30,489 nucleotides of DNA, taken from positions 1 to 30,489 of the forward strand of contig DATCUA010000306.1 of the NCBI GenBank assembly GCA_036567645.1. The letters are read 5' to 3'. A program made the position numbers and the translations under genes. Source of the DNA: Rectinemataceae bacterium (GTDB lineage Bacteria; Spirochaetota; Spirochaetia; Treponematales; Rectinemataceae). A model generated the notes under the pieces. The model saw only the letters and a list, made by a program, of their open reading frames with translations, was not told where the DNA came from and did not search any database. Shown in pieces: positions 23,214 to 30,489 of this stretch (positions within the stretch are counted from its first letter, which is position 1; every line of letters begins with the position of its first letter).

Positions 23214-23384
23214 CTACTTCTTGTTCGCTATGGTAGCCTTGCAAACCTTGCAGATTTTGGTCTTCTTGCCTTCGATTTCCTGCTCGTACAAGACCTTCAC
23301 ACCATCCCGCTTGCAGACGGGGCAGATGCCGCGGCCACCAGCTGGGACTTCGGCCAGTCCTTTTCCTCTATGCGCTTTGGACAT
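23214..23384 (-). CDS. Small basic Cys4 zinc-ribbon protein (56 aa), last gene of the alpha operon; not in the ORF track
   Basis: MSKAHRGKGLAEVPAGGRGICPVCKRDGVKVLYEQEIEGKKTKICKVCKATIANKK; SD GGGAGG; ATG lies 16 nt after the rplQ stop; codons are mostly G/C-ending. Confidence 0.85.
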   Translation of the reverse strand: MSKAHRGKGLAEVPAGGRGICPVCKRDGVKVLYEQEIEGKKTKICKVCKATIANKK

Positions 23385-23400
23385 CGTTTCCTCCCGGCCT

Positions 23401-23832
23401 TCAGCTCGCCTTTTTCTCGGCTTTCGCTTTCTTTTCGGCCTTGCGCTTCTGGCGCTCCGCCTTCTGTTCGTTCACCTTCTGGTCCACGAGCTCGAGAATC
23501 ACCATGTCGGCGGCGTCGTGCGCCCTGGCTCCCACCCTGAGTATCCTGGTGTAGCCGCCAGCCCTGTCCTTGAATCGGGGGCCGATATCGGTATAGAGCT
23601 TGGCGACGATGGCTTCGTCGTAGAGCTTGCGGGCCGCGATCCTCCGGTTATGGACGGAATCTTCCTTGGCCCTCGTGATCATCTTTTCAGCCAGGCGCCT
23701 GGTTTCCACTGCCTTGGCCCTCGTGGTCACGATGCGCTCGTGCTTGAAGAGTACGCCGACCATGTTGCGGAGAAGAGCCTTGCGGTGGGCCGCAACCCTG
23801 TTCAGCTTGTTATACCCAATCTTATGCTTCAT
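23401..23832 (-). CDS. rplQ: 50S ribosomal protein L17
   Basis: [12 protein letters not shown]...[25 protein letters not shown]; Lys/Ala-rich C-terminal tail. Confidence 0.97.
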   Translation of the reverse strand: MKHKIGYNKLNRVAAHRKALLRNMVGVLFKHERIVTTRAKAVETRRLAEKMITRAKEDSVHNRRIAARKLYDEAIVAKLYTDIGPRFKDRAGGYTRILRVGARAHDAADMVILELVDQKVNEQKAERQKRKAEKKAKAEKKAS

Positions 23833-24877
23833 CGGTCTCTTCCTTCTTCATGGAGAGTTTCAGGTAATTCCTCAGGGGCGAATAGTCGGTCATGCCCAGG
23901 CCGAGGTTCCACTCGCCTAATTTCGCCTTGATCTCCAAGAGGGATTTCTTGCCGAAGTTTCTCGTCTTGGTGATCTCTTCTTCCGTCTTCCGGGTGAGGT
24001 CCCCGATGGTCTTGATGTTGGCGTTCTTGAGGCAGTTTGAGGAACGGACAGAAAGTTCCAATTCCTCGACAGGGGTGTTGAGTATCTGCCTGACGCGTTC
24101 TTCTATCTCGTCGCTCTGCTCGTCGCCGCCCAGTTCGTCTTCGTCGAAATTGATGAAGATGGAGAAGTGATCCTTCGCTATCTTGGCGGCCTCGCCCAGG
24201 GCGTCCTCCGGCCTCGTGGTCCCGTCTGTCCATATCTCCAGATTGAGCTTGTCATAGTCCGACCTCTGGCCGACGCGCGTAGGCTCGATGGAGTACTTGA
24301 CTTTTATGACGGGCGAGAAGATGGCGTCCATGGGTATGGTGCCGACAATCTCGATGTAACGCTCGTTGACCTCTGCGGGGACATAGCCCCTGCCGAGATC
24401 CACCTGCACTTCGAGGTCGAGATGCACATCCTTGGTGAGGGTGGCAATCTTGAGATCCGGGTTCAGCACTTCGAGCGACTTGCCTTCCGAAAGGAAGGAA
24501 GCCTTGAGCTCGTCCATGCCCTTGATCTCGTAGAGGAAGGTCGCCTGCTCCTGGTCGTTGGGCAAGCGGAGCCTCACTTGCTTGAGGGCGTTGAGGAACT
24601 CTATCGTATCCTCCACGACACCAGGGATGGTCTCGAACTCGCTCGTCACGATATGCTGGGCCCCGTCCTCATCGTAGCGGACTATCCGCACAGCCGTGAT
24701 GGCATATCCCTGGATGGACGAAAGAAGGATGCGGCGAAGGGTATTGCCCACGGTGGTTCCGTAGCCCGGCTCGAAGGGATAGGCGACGAACTTCCCGTAG
24801 GAAGGACCCGACTCGCTCTGCTCGTAGGTGATGCCCTTCGGCCTCTTGAAACCTTTGAGAAGGTTCTTTCGTGCCAT
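23822..24877 (-). CDS. rpoA: DNA-directed RNA polymerase subunit alpha
   Basis: [58 protein letters not shown]; overlaps rplQ by 11 nt. Confidence 0.98.
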   Translation of the reverse strand: MARKNLLKGFKRPKGITYEQSESGPSYGKFVAYPFEPGYGTTVGNTLRRILLSSIQGYAITAVRIVRYDEDGAQHIVTSEFETIPGVVEDTIEFLNALKQVRLRLPNDQEQATFLYEIKGMDELKASFLSEGKSLEVLNPDLKIATLTKDVHLDLEVQVDLGRGYVPAEVNERYIEIVGTIPMDAIFSPVIKVKYSIEPTRVGQRSDYDKLNLEIWTDGTTRPEDALGEAAKIAKDHFSIFINFDEDELGGDEQSDEIEERVRQILNTPVEELELSVRSSNCLKNANIKTIGDLTRKTEEEITKTRNFGKKSLLEIKAKLGEWNLGLGMTDYSPLRNYLKLSMKKEETDEA

Positions 24878-24886
24878 TTCGGCTCC

Positions 24887-25522
24887 TTATTTCGAGTAAA
24901 GCTCGACGACGAGCTGCTCGCGGATGTCGGCCATGTCGGTGATATCCTGGCGATGAGGATAGGCGGCGAGGCGCCCGACCATCTCGTCGGGATTGATCTC
25001 GATCCAGGGCATGGTGCCCGATTTTCCCACTTCCTGCAGGGCGTTCTTGATGAGCTCGTACTTCTTGGCAGCGCCTATCACCGACACCTGGTCTCCAGCC
25101 TTGACGAGGTAGGAAGCTATATTGACCCGCTTGCCGTTTACGGCCACGTGGCCGTGGCTCACCAGCTGCCTAGCCTGGGCGCGAGAAGTGGCGAGATGCA
25201 TGCGGTACACCACGTTATCCAGCCTGCGCTCGAGGAGGATGAAGAGATTCTCGCCCGTTTTTCCGGGCATTATGAGGGCCTTTTCGAAGGCGTTGCGGAA
25301 CTGGGCTTCCATGAGGCCGTAAGCCCGCTTGAGGGTCTGCTTCTCCCTCAGCTGGACTGCGTACTCGGACTTCTTGCCCATCCGTGCCTTTGGCGCCTTG
25401 CCAGGGGGCAGGCGCTTCTTGTTCATAGGGCACTTGTCGCTTTTGCAGCGGTCGCCTTTGAGGAAAAGCTTCTTCTGTTCGGTGCGGCAGAGCCTGCACA
25501 CGGGTCCAATGTAACGTGCCAT
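24887..25522 (-). CDS. rpsD: 30S ribosomal protein S4 (Cys-containing form)
   Basis: ARYIGPVCRLCR, QLREKQ, LERRLDNVVYR, ARQLVSHGH, VELYSK. Confidence 0.98.
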   Translation of the reverse strand: MARYIGPVCRLCRTEQKKLFLKGDRCKSDKCPMNKKRLPPGKAPKARMGKKSEYAVQLREKQTLKRAYGLMEAQFRNAFEKALIMPGKTGENLFILLERRLDNVVYRMHLATSRAQARQLVSHGHVAVNGKRVNIASYLVKAGDQVSVIGAAKKYELIKNALQEVGKSGTMPWIEINPDEMVGRLAAYPHRQDITDMADIREQLVVELYSK

Positions 25523-25540
25523 GGTTTTCCTGACTCCCTA

Positions 25541-25924
25541 TCAGATGCGGCGGGCCTTGCGGGGCCTGCAGCCGTTGTGGGGAATGGGGGTGACGTCGTT
25601 GATGGTCTTGACCTTCAACCCGAGGGCCCCAAGCTGGCGGATAGCGGACTCGCGGCCGATGCCCGGTCCCTTGACGAACACATGCACTTCCCTGAGGCCG
25701 GAGTTCATGGCCTTCTGCACGACTGTCTCGGCCACGGTCTGGGCGGCGAAGGGGGTTGACTTCTTCGCTCCCCTGAACTGATGAGTCCCTGAGCTCGACC
25801 AGGCTATGGCGTTGCCGTTCAGGTCGGTTATGGTGATGATCGTGTTGTTGAAGGTAGCCTGTATGTAGACATTGCCTTCGTATACGCTCTTCTTCTCTTT
25901 TCTCTTCTTAGCTGTGGTTGCCAC
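25541..25924 (-). CDS. rpsK: 30S ribosomal protein S11
   Basis: [33 protein letters not shown]. Confidence 0.98.
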   Translation of the reverse strand: MATTAKKRKEKKSVYEGNVYIQATFNNTIITITDLNGNAIAWSSSGTHQFRGAKKSTPFAAQTVAETVVQKAMNSGLREVHVFVKGPGIGRESAIRQLGALGLKVKTINDVTPIPHNGCRPRKARRI

Positions 25925-25939
25925 GTTCTGCCCCTTGCC

Positions 25940-26311
25940 TTAGACGGCTTTCTTCTTGTTGGCGACCGTCTTGCGCTTGCCCTTGCGGGTTCGAGCGTTG
26001 GTCCTGGTCCTCTGGCCGTTGACGGGCAAGCCCTTGCGGTGCCGGAGGCCCCTGTAGCAGCCGATGTCCATGAGCCGCTTGATGTTGAGGGCTATTTCGG
26101 TGCGAAGCCGGCCCTCGACTTTGTAGTCGTTCTCTATGACCTTGCGGAGCTCGTTGATCTCTTCGTTGGAGAGATCGTTGATCTGCTTGGCGGGGTCGAT
26201 GCCGGTAGCTTCGCAGATCTTCCTGGTGCTCGTCCTTCCCAACCCGTAGATATAGGTGAGAGCGATCTCCACATGCTTGTTCGGGAGATCCACTCCCGCG
26301 ATACGTGCCAT
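25940..26311 (-). CDS. rpsM: 30S ribosomal protein S13
   Basis: [33 protein letters not shown]. Confidence 0.98.
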   Translation of the reverse strand: MARIAGVDLPNKHVEIALTYIYGLGRTSTRKICEATGIDPAKQINDLSNEEINELRKVIENDYKVEGRLRTEIALNIKRLMDIGCYRGLRHRKGLPVNGQRTRTNARTRKGKRKTVANKKKAV

Positions 26312-26327
26312 GAGTCCCTCCTGCCCT

Positions 26328-26441
26328 TCAGCCTTGCTTCTGCTTGTGCTTAGGGTTATCGCACACGATCCGGACGATGCCGTTCCTTCGTATTACCTTG
26401 CACTTGTCGCATATCTTCTTGACGCTGGTCCTGACCTTCAT
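26328..26441 (-). CDS. rpmJ: 50S ribosomal protein L36 (zinc form); not in the ORF track
   Basis: Manual translation [37 protein letters not shown] (37 aa). Confidence 0.98.
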   Translation of the reverse strand: MKVRTSVKKICDKCKVIRRNGIVRIVCDNPKHKQKQG

Positions 26442-26509
26442 AGGTTCTTCCCCTTACTGGCGCACATAGTGCGCGAACACGCAATTAAATACCATATTGC
26501 AAAAAAGTT

Positions 26510-27832
26510 CTACAGGTTCCTCGCCCTGATATGGCCCTTTCGGACCAGGCCATCGTGATGGTGCATCTTCAGGAGGGCTTCCACCTGGGACATAGTGTCC
26601 AGGTCCACACCCACGAGGATGAGCAGGGATGTTCCGCCGAGGAGGTAGGCGAGCTGGCTCGGGAAGTTGAACAGGCGCTGCACGAGGCTGGGAATGAGCG
26701 CTATCAAAGCCAGGTAGAGGGCTCCGGGGAGCATTATCCTGTTGAGTATCCTGGTGAGGTACTCTTCCATCTTCTCGCTTCTGATGCCGGGGATGGATCC
26801 TCCGTTCTCCCTGATGTTCTTGGATATCTCCTGCGGATTCAGGGACACCTGAGTGTAGAAGTACGCAAAGAAAACGATGAAGAGGATATAGAGAAAGTTG
26901 TACCAGAATCCGTCGGGTCTGAGCCAGTAGGAGAAATCCCTGAGCCATTTGGCCTGGACGCCGAAGCTCTGGGCTATCTGGAGGGGGAAGGTGAGAAGGC
27001 TCGAGGCGAAGATGACGGGGATGACGCCGGAGGGGTTGATCTTGAAGGGGATATAGGTGTTCTGGGCTCCGTACATCTTCCTGCCCACAACGCGCTTGGC
27101 GTAGTTGACCGGTATCTTGCGCTGGCCCTGCTGCTCGAGGACCACGAGGGCCACGACACCGACGAACATCACGAGGACCACGATGGCGTAGACGGCGTTG
27201 ATCTCGCCCGCTTGGATCTTCTTTACGAGCTCGAAGCTGGCGTTGGGAAGCCTTGCCACGATTCCGGCGAAGATGAGCAGCGAGATGCCGTTGCCGATTC
27301 CGCGTTTGGTGATCTGCTCTCCAATCCAGACCAGGAACATCGTGCCCGTGGTTACGGTGAGGATGGATACTATGGTGTAGAGAAGGCGATTGGGCATGGC
27401 TATGGCATCAGGTATCCTGTCGGCCCAGATGGTGGTGGAGTAGCCCTGGATAACGCAGACAACCAGAGTGCCCATACGTGTCCAGCGCGCTATCTTCTTC
27501 CTTCCTCCGTCTTCCTCGGCGATCGATTTGAGCTTGGGGAAGACGATGAGGAGGAGCTGCACGATGATCTGGGTGCTGATGTACGGCATGACGCCCATCA
27601 TGAAGAGGGAAAAGTTCTTGAAGGCGCCGCCGGCGAAGAAGTCCAGATAGTCGGTGATGCCCGAGGTGCCCCCCGACTGCCCAGCGAAGTAGGATTGAAG
27701 GGCGCTGGCGTTGATGCCGGGTATGGGGAGATAGGCTCCGAGCCGGAACACGACAAGCCAGAATAGGGTGAAGAGAATTCTGTCCTTGAGCTCTTTTATG
27801 CGGAAAATATCGGTGAGGGAATTCCCAGCCAT
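26510..27832 (-). CDS. secY: Preprotein translocase subunit SecY
   Basis: RLGAYLPIPG, GVMPYISTQII, WIGEQITKRGIGNGISLLIFAGI, GGTSLLILVGV. Confidence 0.98.
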   Translation of the reverse strand: MAGNSLTDIFRIKELKDRILFTLFWLVVFRLGAYLPIPGINASALQSYFAGQSGGTSGITDYLDFFAGGAFKNFSLFMMGVMPYISTQIIVQLLLIVFPKLKSIAEEDGGRKKIARWTRMGTLVVCVIQGYSTTIWADRIPDAIAMPNRLLYTIVSILTVTTGTMFLVWIGEQITKRGIGNGISLLIFAGIVARLPNASFELVKKIQAGEINAVYAIVVLVMFVGVVALVVLEQQGQRKIPVNYAKRVVGRKMYGAQNTYIPFKINPSGVIPVIFASSLLTFPLQIAQSFGVQAKWLRDFSYWLRPDGFWYNFLYILFIVFFAYFYTQVSLNPQEISKNIRENGGSIPGIRSEKMEEYLTRILNRIMLPGALYLALIALIPSLVQRLFNFPSQLAYLLGGTSLLILVGVDLDTMSQVEALLKMHHHDGLVRKGHIRARNL

Positions 27833-27857
27833 TCCTGCCTTCCTTATGCCGAGGCCT

Positions 27858-28331
27858 TCAGGCCTTGGAGGACGAGGCCACGGCGGTGGGGGTTTCCACC
27901 TTTCCGCCTGCGGCTTCTATCTTGGCTTTCGCGCTCGCAGAAACCGCGTCCACGCTCACGGTGAGAGCAAAGGACACGCTACCGGTTCCAAGGAGCTTTA
28001 TGAGGCCTTCGGGTTTCTTGATGAGTCCCTTGAGAAGGAGGCTCGCTGCATCCACCTGATCGCCGGCGGCGAACTTCGAAGCGAGGTCGCGCACGTTGAC
28101 GATCTGCCATTCCTTGCGGAAGGGCTGGTTGGAGAAACCCCGCATGGGTAGGCGCCTATAGAGGGGCATCTGGCCGCCTTCGAATCCGGGATAGGTCTTG
28201 CCGCCGGAGCGCGACTGCTGGCCCTTGTTTCCGCGGCCTGCCGTGGTGCCCAAGCCGGAAGCCTGGCCGCGGCCGACGATCCTCTTCCTCCTGTTGGCGC
28301 CCTCGGGGGCGTGGAGCTGAAAATCGGACAT
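27858..28331 (-). CDS. rplO: 50S ribosomal protein L15
   Basis: [39 protein letters not shown]; ATG 28331 overlaps the rpmD stop. Confidence 0.97.
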   Translation of the reverse strand: MSDFQLHAPEGANRRKRIVGRGQASGLGTTAGRGNKGQQSRSGGKTYPGFEGGQMPLYRRLPMRGFSNQPFRKEWQIVNVRDLASKFAAGDQVDAASLLLKGLIKKPEGLIKLLGTGSVSFALTVSVDAVSASAKAKIEAAGGKVETPTAVASSSKA

Positions 28332-28528
28332 CACTCGACCTCCTTGGCGGCAACCTCGGCGGTCGATACCAGATGCTGGACTGTAGCTACCATTCCCAAC
28401 ACGGCGGGCGTAGCTTCCTTGACCGTCGTCGATCCAATCTTCCTCAAGCCGAGGGAACGGATCGTGGCCCGCATGACGGGCTTCTGGTGTATCGTGCTGC
28501 GCACGAGCGTTATCTGAATCTTTGCCAT
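28331..28528 (-). CDS. rpmD: 50S ribosomal protein L30
   Basis: KIQITLVRSTI...TIRSLGLRKIG...GMVATVQHLV; position between rpsE and rplO. Confidence 0.96.
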   Translation of the reverse strand: MAKIQITLVRSTIHQKPVMRATIRSLGLRKIGSTTVKEATPAVLGMVATVQHLVSTAEVAAKEVE

Positions 28529-28529
28529 A

Positions 28530-29048
28530 TTAGCCCCACAGGTCCTTGATCGCCTTGCCGCGGTTCTTGGCCACGGTTTTGGCGTTCAGGAGTTTTTCCG
28601 CCCCGTTGAAGACGGCGCGGACGATGTTCATGGAGTTGCGGGAACCGATGCACTTGGAGATGACGTCCGTATAGCCCGCTGCTTCCATAATGGCGCGCAC
28701 CGGGCCTCCGGCGATGACACCGGAACCCGACACGGCCGGCTTTATCATGACCTGAGTAGCCTTGTACTGGCCCACGATCTCGTGCGGCAGGGTGCCGTTC
28801 TTCACCGGCACGTGGACGATGGCGCGCCTGGCCCGCTCGGTCGATTTCCTGATAGCCTCGGTCACGTCCTTGGCTTTTCCGAAACCGTATCCCACATTGC
28901 CCTGATGGTCGCCCACCACGGTCAGCGCCGAGAAGGAGAAACTGCGTCCTCCCTTGACGACTTTGGCCGTCCGGTTCAGCTGGACCAGCTTTTCGGTAAA
29001 GCTGTCGCGCGGCTGGGAGTCGTCCCTTCTATTCCTGTCTCTTTCCAC
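28530..29048 (-). CDS. rpsE: 30S ribosomal protein S5
   Basis: [31 protein letters not shown]; GTG start. Confidence 0.98.
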   Translation of the reverse strand: MERDRNRRDDSQPRDSFTEKLVQLNRTAKVVKGGRSFSFSALTVVGDHQGNVGYGFGKAKDVTEAIRKSTERARRAIVHVPVKNGTLPHEIVGQYKATQVMIKPAVSGSGVIAGGPVRAIMEAAGYTDVISKCIGSRNSMNIVRAVFNGAEKLLNAKTVAKNRGKAIKDLWG

Positions 29049-29057
29049 ACCAGCCCC

Positions 29058-29423
29058 CTAGAATATTATCCCGGCTTTGCGGGCGCCGTCGGCTATGGAT
29101 TTCACGATGCCGTGATACTTGTAGCCGTTCCTGTCGAAGACGACCGCCTTCACTCCCTTCTCGAGGAGCCTCTTGCCGATCTCCTCGCCCAGCTTTCCGG
29201 CGCCTTCCACGTTGCGGGCGAGATCCTTGAGGGACTTCTCCACGGTGGAGGCGGCCGCCAGAGTGTGGCCGACCGAATCGTCTATCACCTGCACGTAGAG
29301 GTGGACGTTGGACTTGTACACCGTCATCCTGGGCCTCTGCGCATCGCCGGATATGCTCTTCCTGACCGAGCCTTTGCGCTTCGCGCGCTTCCTCAGTTTA
29401 TCTTCAAGCTGTTTAACGCTCAT
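29058..29423 (-). CDS. rplR: 50S ribosomal protein L18
   Basis: [31 protein letters not shown]. Confidence 0.97.
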   Translation of the reverse strand: MSVKQLEDKLRKRAKRKGSVRKSISGDAQRPRMTVYKSNVHLYVQVIDDSVGHTLAAASTVEKSLKDLARNVEGAGKLGEEIGKRLLEKGVKAVVFDRNGYKYHGIVKSIADGARKAGIIF

Positions 29424-29432
29424 TCATGCGCC

Positions 29433-29975
29433 TCACTTCACGCCGGTCTTTCCGACCTTGCGGCGGATCTTCTCTTCCTCGTAGCGGATTCCCTTCCCCT
29501 TGTAGGGCTCGGGCGCGCGCAAGGATCTGACTTCGCTAGCGAACTTGCCCAGCGAGGCTCGATCGGCTCCAGTGAGGACCACCCTCTGGCCGTTCGCTTC
29601 TACTGTCGCCCCTATCCCCTGGGGAATGACGACGGCGAAGTCGGTAGAATATCCGAGGCTCATGACGAGGAGGTTGCCCTGCACTTCGGCACGGTAGCCG
29701 ACGCCGTTGATGATGAGGTTGCGCTTGAACCCCTGAGACACGCCGATGACCATGTTGTTGATGAGGTTGCGATAGAGGCCGTGACAGGCCTTCGCCTGCT
29801 TGCTGTCGCTCTTCCTCGACACGGTGACCGAGCCGTCCTTGACGACGATGTCGACTTCAGGAAGATAATCCTGGCTGAGTTTTCCCTTCGGCCCTTCCAC
29901 CGTCACGTTCGTGGGGGTCACGTGGACCTTCACGCCCTGCGGTACCAGGACCGGCCGTATTCCGATTCTCGACAT
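29433..29975 (-). CDS. rplF: 50S ribosomal protein L6
   Basis: [32 protein letters not shown]. Confidence 0.98.
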   Translation of the reverse strand: MSRIGIRPVLVPQGVKVHVTPTNVTVEGPKGKLSQDYLPEVDIVVKDGSVTVSRKSDSKQAKACHGLYRNLINNMVIGVSQGFKRNLIINGVGYRAEVQGNLLVMSLGYSTDFAVVIPQGIGATVEANGQRVVLTGADRASLGKFASEVRSLRAPEPYKGKGIRYEEEKIRRKVGKTGVK

Positions 29976-29990
29976 AGTATTCCCCTTGCC

Positions 29991-30389
29991 TTACCAGACC
30001 GTGCAGATGAGCTCGCCGCCCATCTGTTTCTCCACGGCTTTCTTGCCCGTGATGATGCCGCCGGAGGTGGAGATTATCAGGGTCCCGTATCCGTTGAAGA
30101 CTCTGGGGATCTCCTTGTATCCGGAGTACACCCTGCGCCCGGGCTTGGAGACCTTGTCCAGGCCGTGGAGCACGGGGTTGTTGGCCTCATCGTACTTCAG
30201 GAAGATGCGGATGACATTGGCGCCTTCCGCCTGGATCTTCTTGAAGTTCTTGATGTAGCCTTCGGTTTTGAGGATCTTCACGATCTCGAGCTTGAGCTTG
30301 GAGGCCATGATATCCACTTTCTCGTGACGAGCCGCGCTCGCGTTGCGCACCTTCGTCAGCATGTCAGCGATGGGATCAGAAACGCTCAT
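29991..30389 (-). CDS. rpsH: 30S ribosomal protein S8
   Basis: [35 protein letters not shown]. Confidence 0.98.
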   Translation of the reverse strand: MSVSDPIADMLTKVRNASAARHEKVDIMASKLKLEIVKILKTEGYIKNFKKIQAEGANVIRIFLKYDEANNPVLHGLDKVSKPGRRVYSGYKEIPRVFNGYGTLIISTSGGIITGKKAVEKQMGGELICTVW

Positions 30390-30398
30390 CGCACCCTC

Positions 30399-30489
30399 CT
30401 ACCAGCTCGACTTCGTCACGCCGGGGATCTTGCCCTCGGAAGCGAGCTTCCGGAAGCAAATCCTGCACATGTCGAATTTTCTCATGTAG
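30399..30489 (-). CDS. rpsN: 30S ribosomal protein S14 type Z (5'-truncated by window edge)
   Basis: Manual translation ...YMRKFDMCRICFRKLASEGKIPGVTKSSW-stop. Confidence 0.96.
   Translation of the reverse strand, partial: YMRKFDMCRICFRKLASEGKIPGVTKSSW

Noticed and set aside
23399-23480. Lys/Ala-rich low-complexity tail of L17 as a possible repeat element
   Set aside because: Ordinary basic C-terminal extension with no exact nucleotide tandem repeat.
24167-25759. 530-aa plus-strand ORF antisense to rpoA-rpsD-rpsK
   Set aside because: Shadow ORF. G/C-ending codon bias removes antisense stops, and rpoA, rpsD, rpsK and rpsM happen to share one frame (spacers of 9, 18 and 15 nt). It has no recognisable motifs.
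26531-27766. 411-aa ORF antisense to secY (likewise 18259-19131, 21282-22157 and 23221-23931)
   Set aside because: Codon-aligned or off-frame antisense shadows of strongly biased genes.
1-30489. CRISPR arrays, IS elements, integrases, prophage or defence genes, rRNA/tRNA
   Set aside because: No regularly spaced repeats, transposase/integrase motifs or RNA-gene signatures seen; nearly all sequence is explained by housekeeping CDSs, and AT-rich patches coincide with promoter spacers.

Overview
About 30.5 kb of GC-rich, gene-dense core bacterial chromosome, most likely from an anaerobic spirochaete. This assignment is an inference from ribosomal-operon organisation: secY is followed directly by rpmJ, rpoA overlaps rplQ by 11 nt, and S4, S14 and L36 are Cys-containing forms. 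Left part: mazG (5'-truncated), a MATE pump, an MFS-HEAT fusion, yhbY, yggT, a DUF72 protein, a small hypothetical protein, a RluA-type pseudouridine synthase and a CPA2 antiporter fused to a PTS EIIA domain. Middle: an amino-acid cluster (EamA, hutH, a 1158-aa PPi-type PEP carboxykinase coupled to hutI, rarD, and a five-gene LIV-type ABC importer). Right: the distal spc and alpha ribosomal operons on the minus strand (rpsN partial through rplQ). I saw no mobile element, CRISPR array, tRNA/rRNA or defence system, and I cannot support a large new multi-gene system here. The best leads are: (1) a 56-aa basic Cys4 zinc-ribbon gene missed by the ORF track, lying last in the alpha operon, a candidate lineage-specific ribosomal protein; (2) PPi-PEPCK between hutH and hutI; (3) five genes with a -10 box 5-8 nt before an ATG with no SD, suggesting leaderless translation; (4) two fused transporters; (5) a near-consensus promoter overlapped by a perfect inverted repeat in the rarD/liv spacer. 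Family assignments come from motif recognition by eye; no database search was run.
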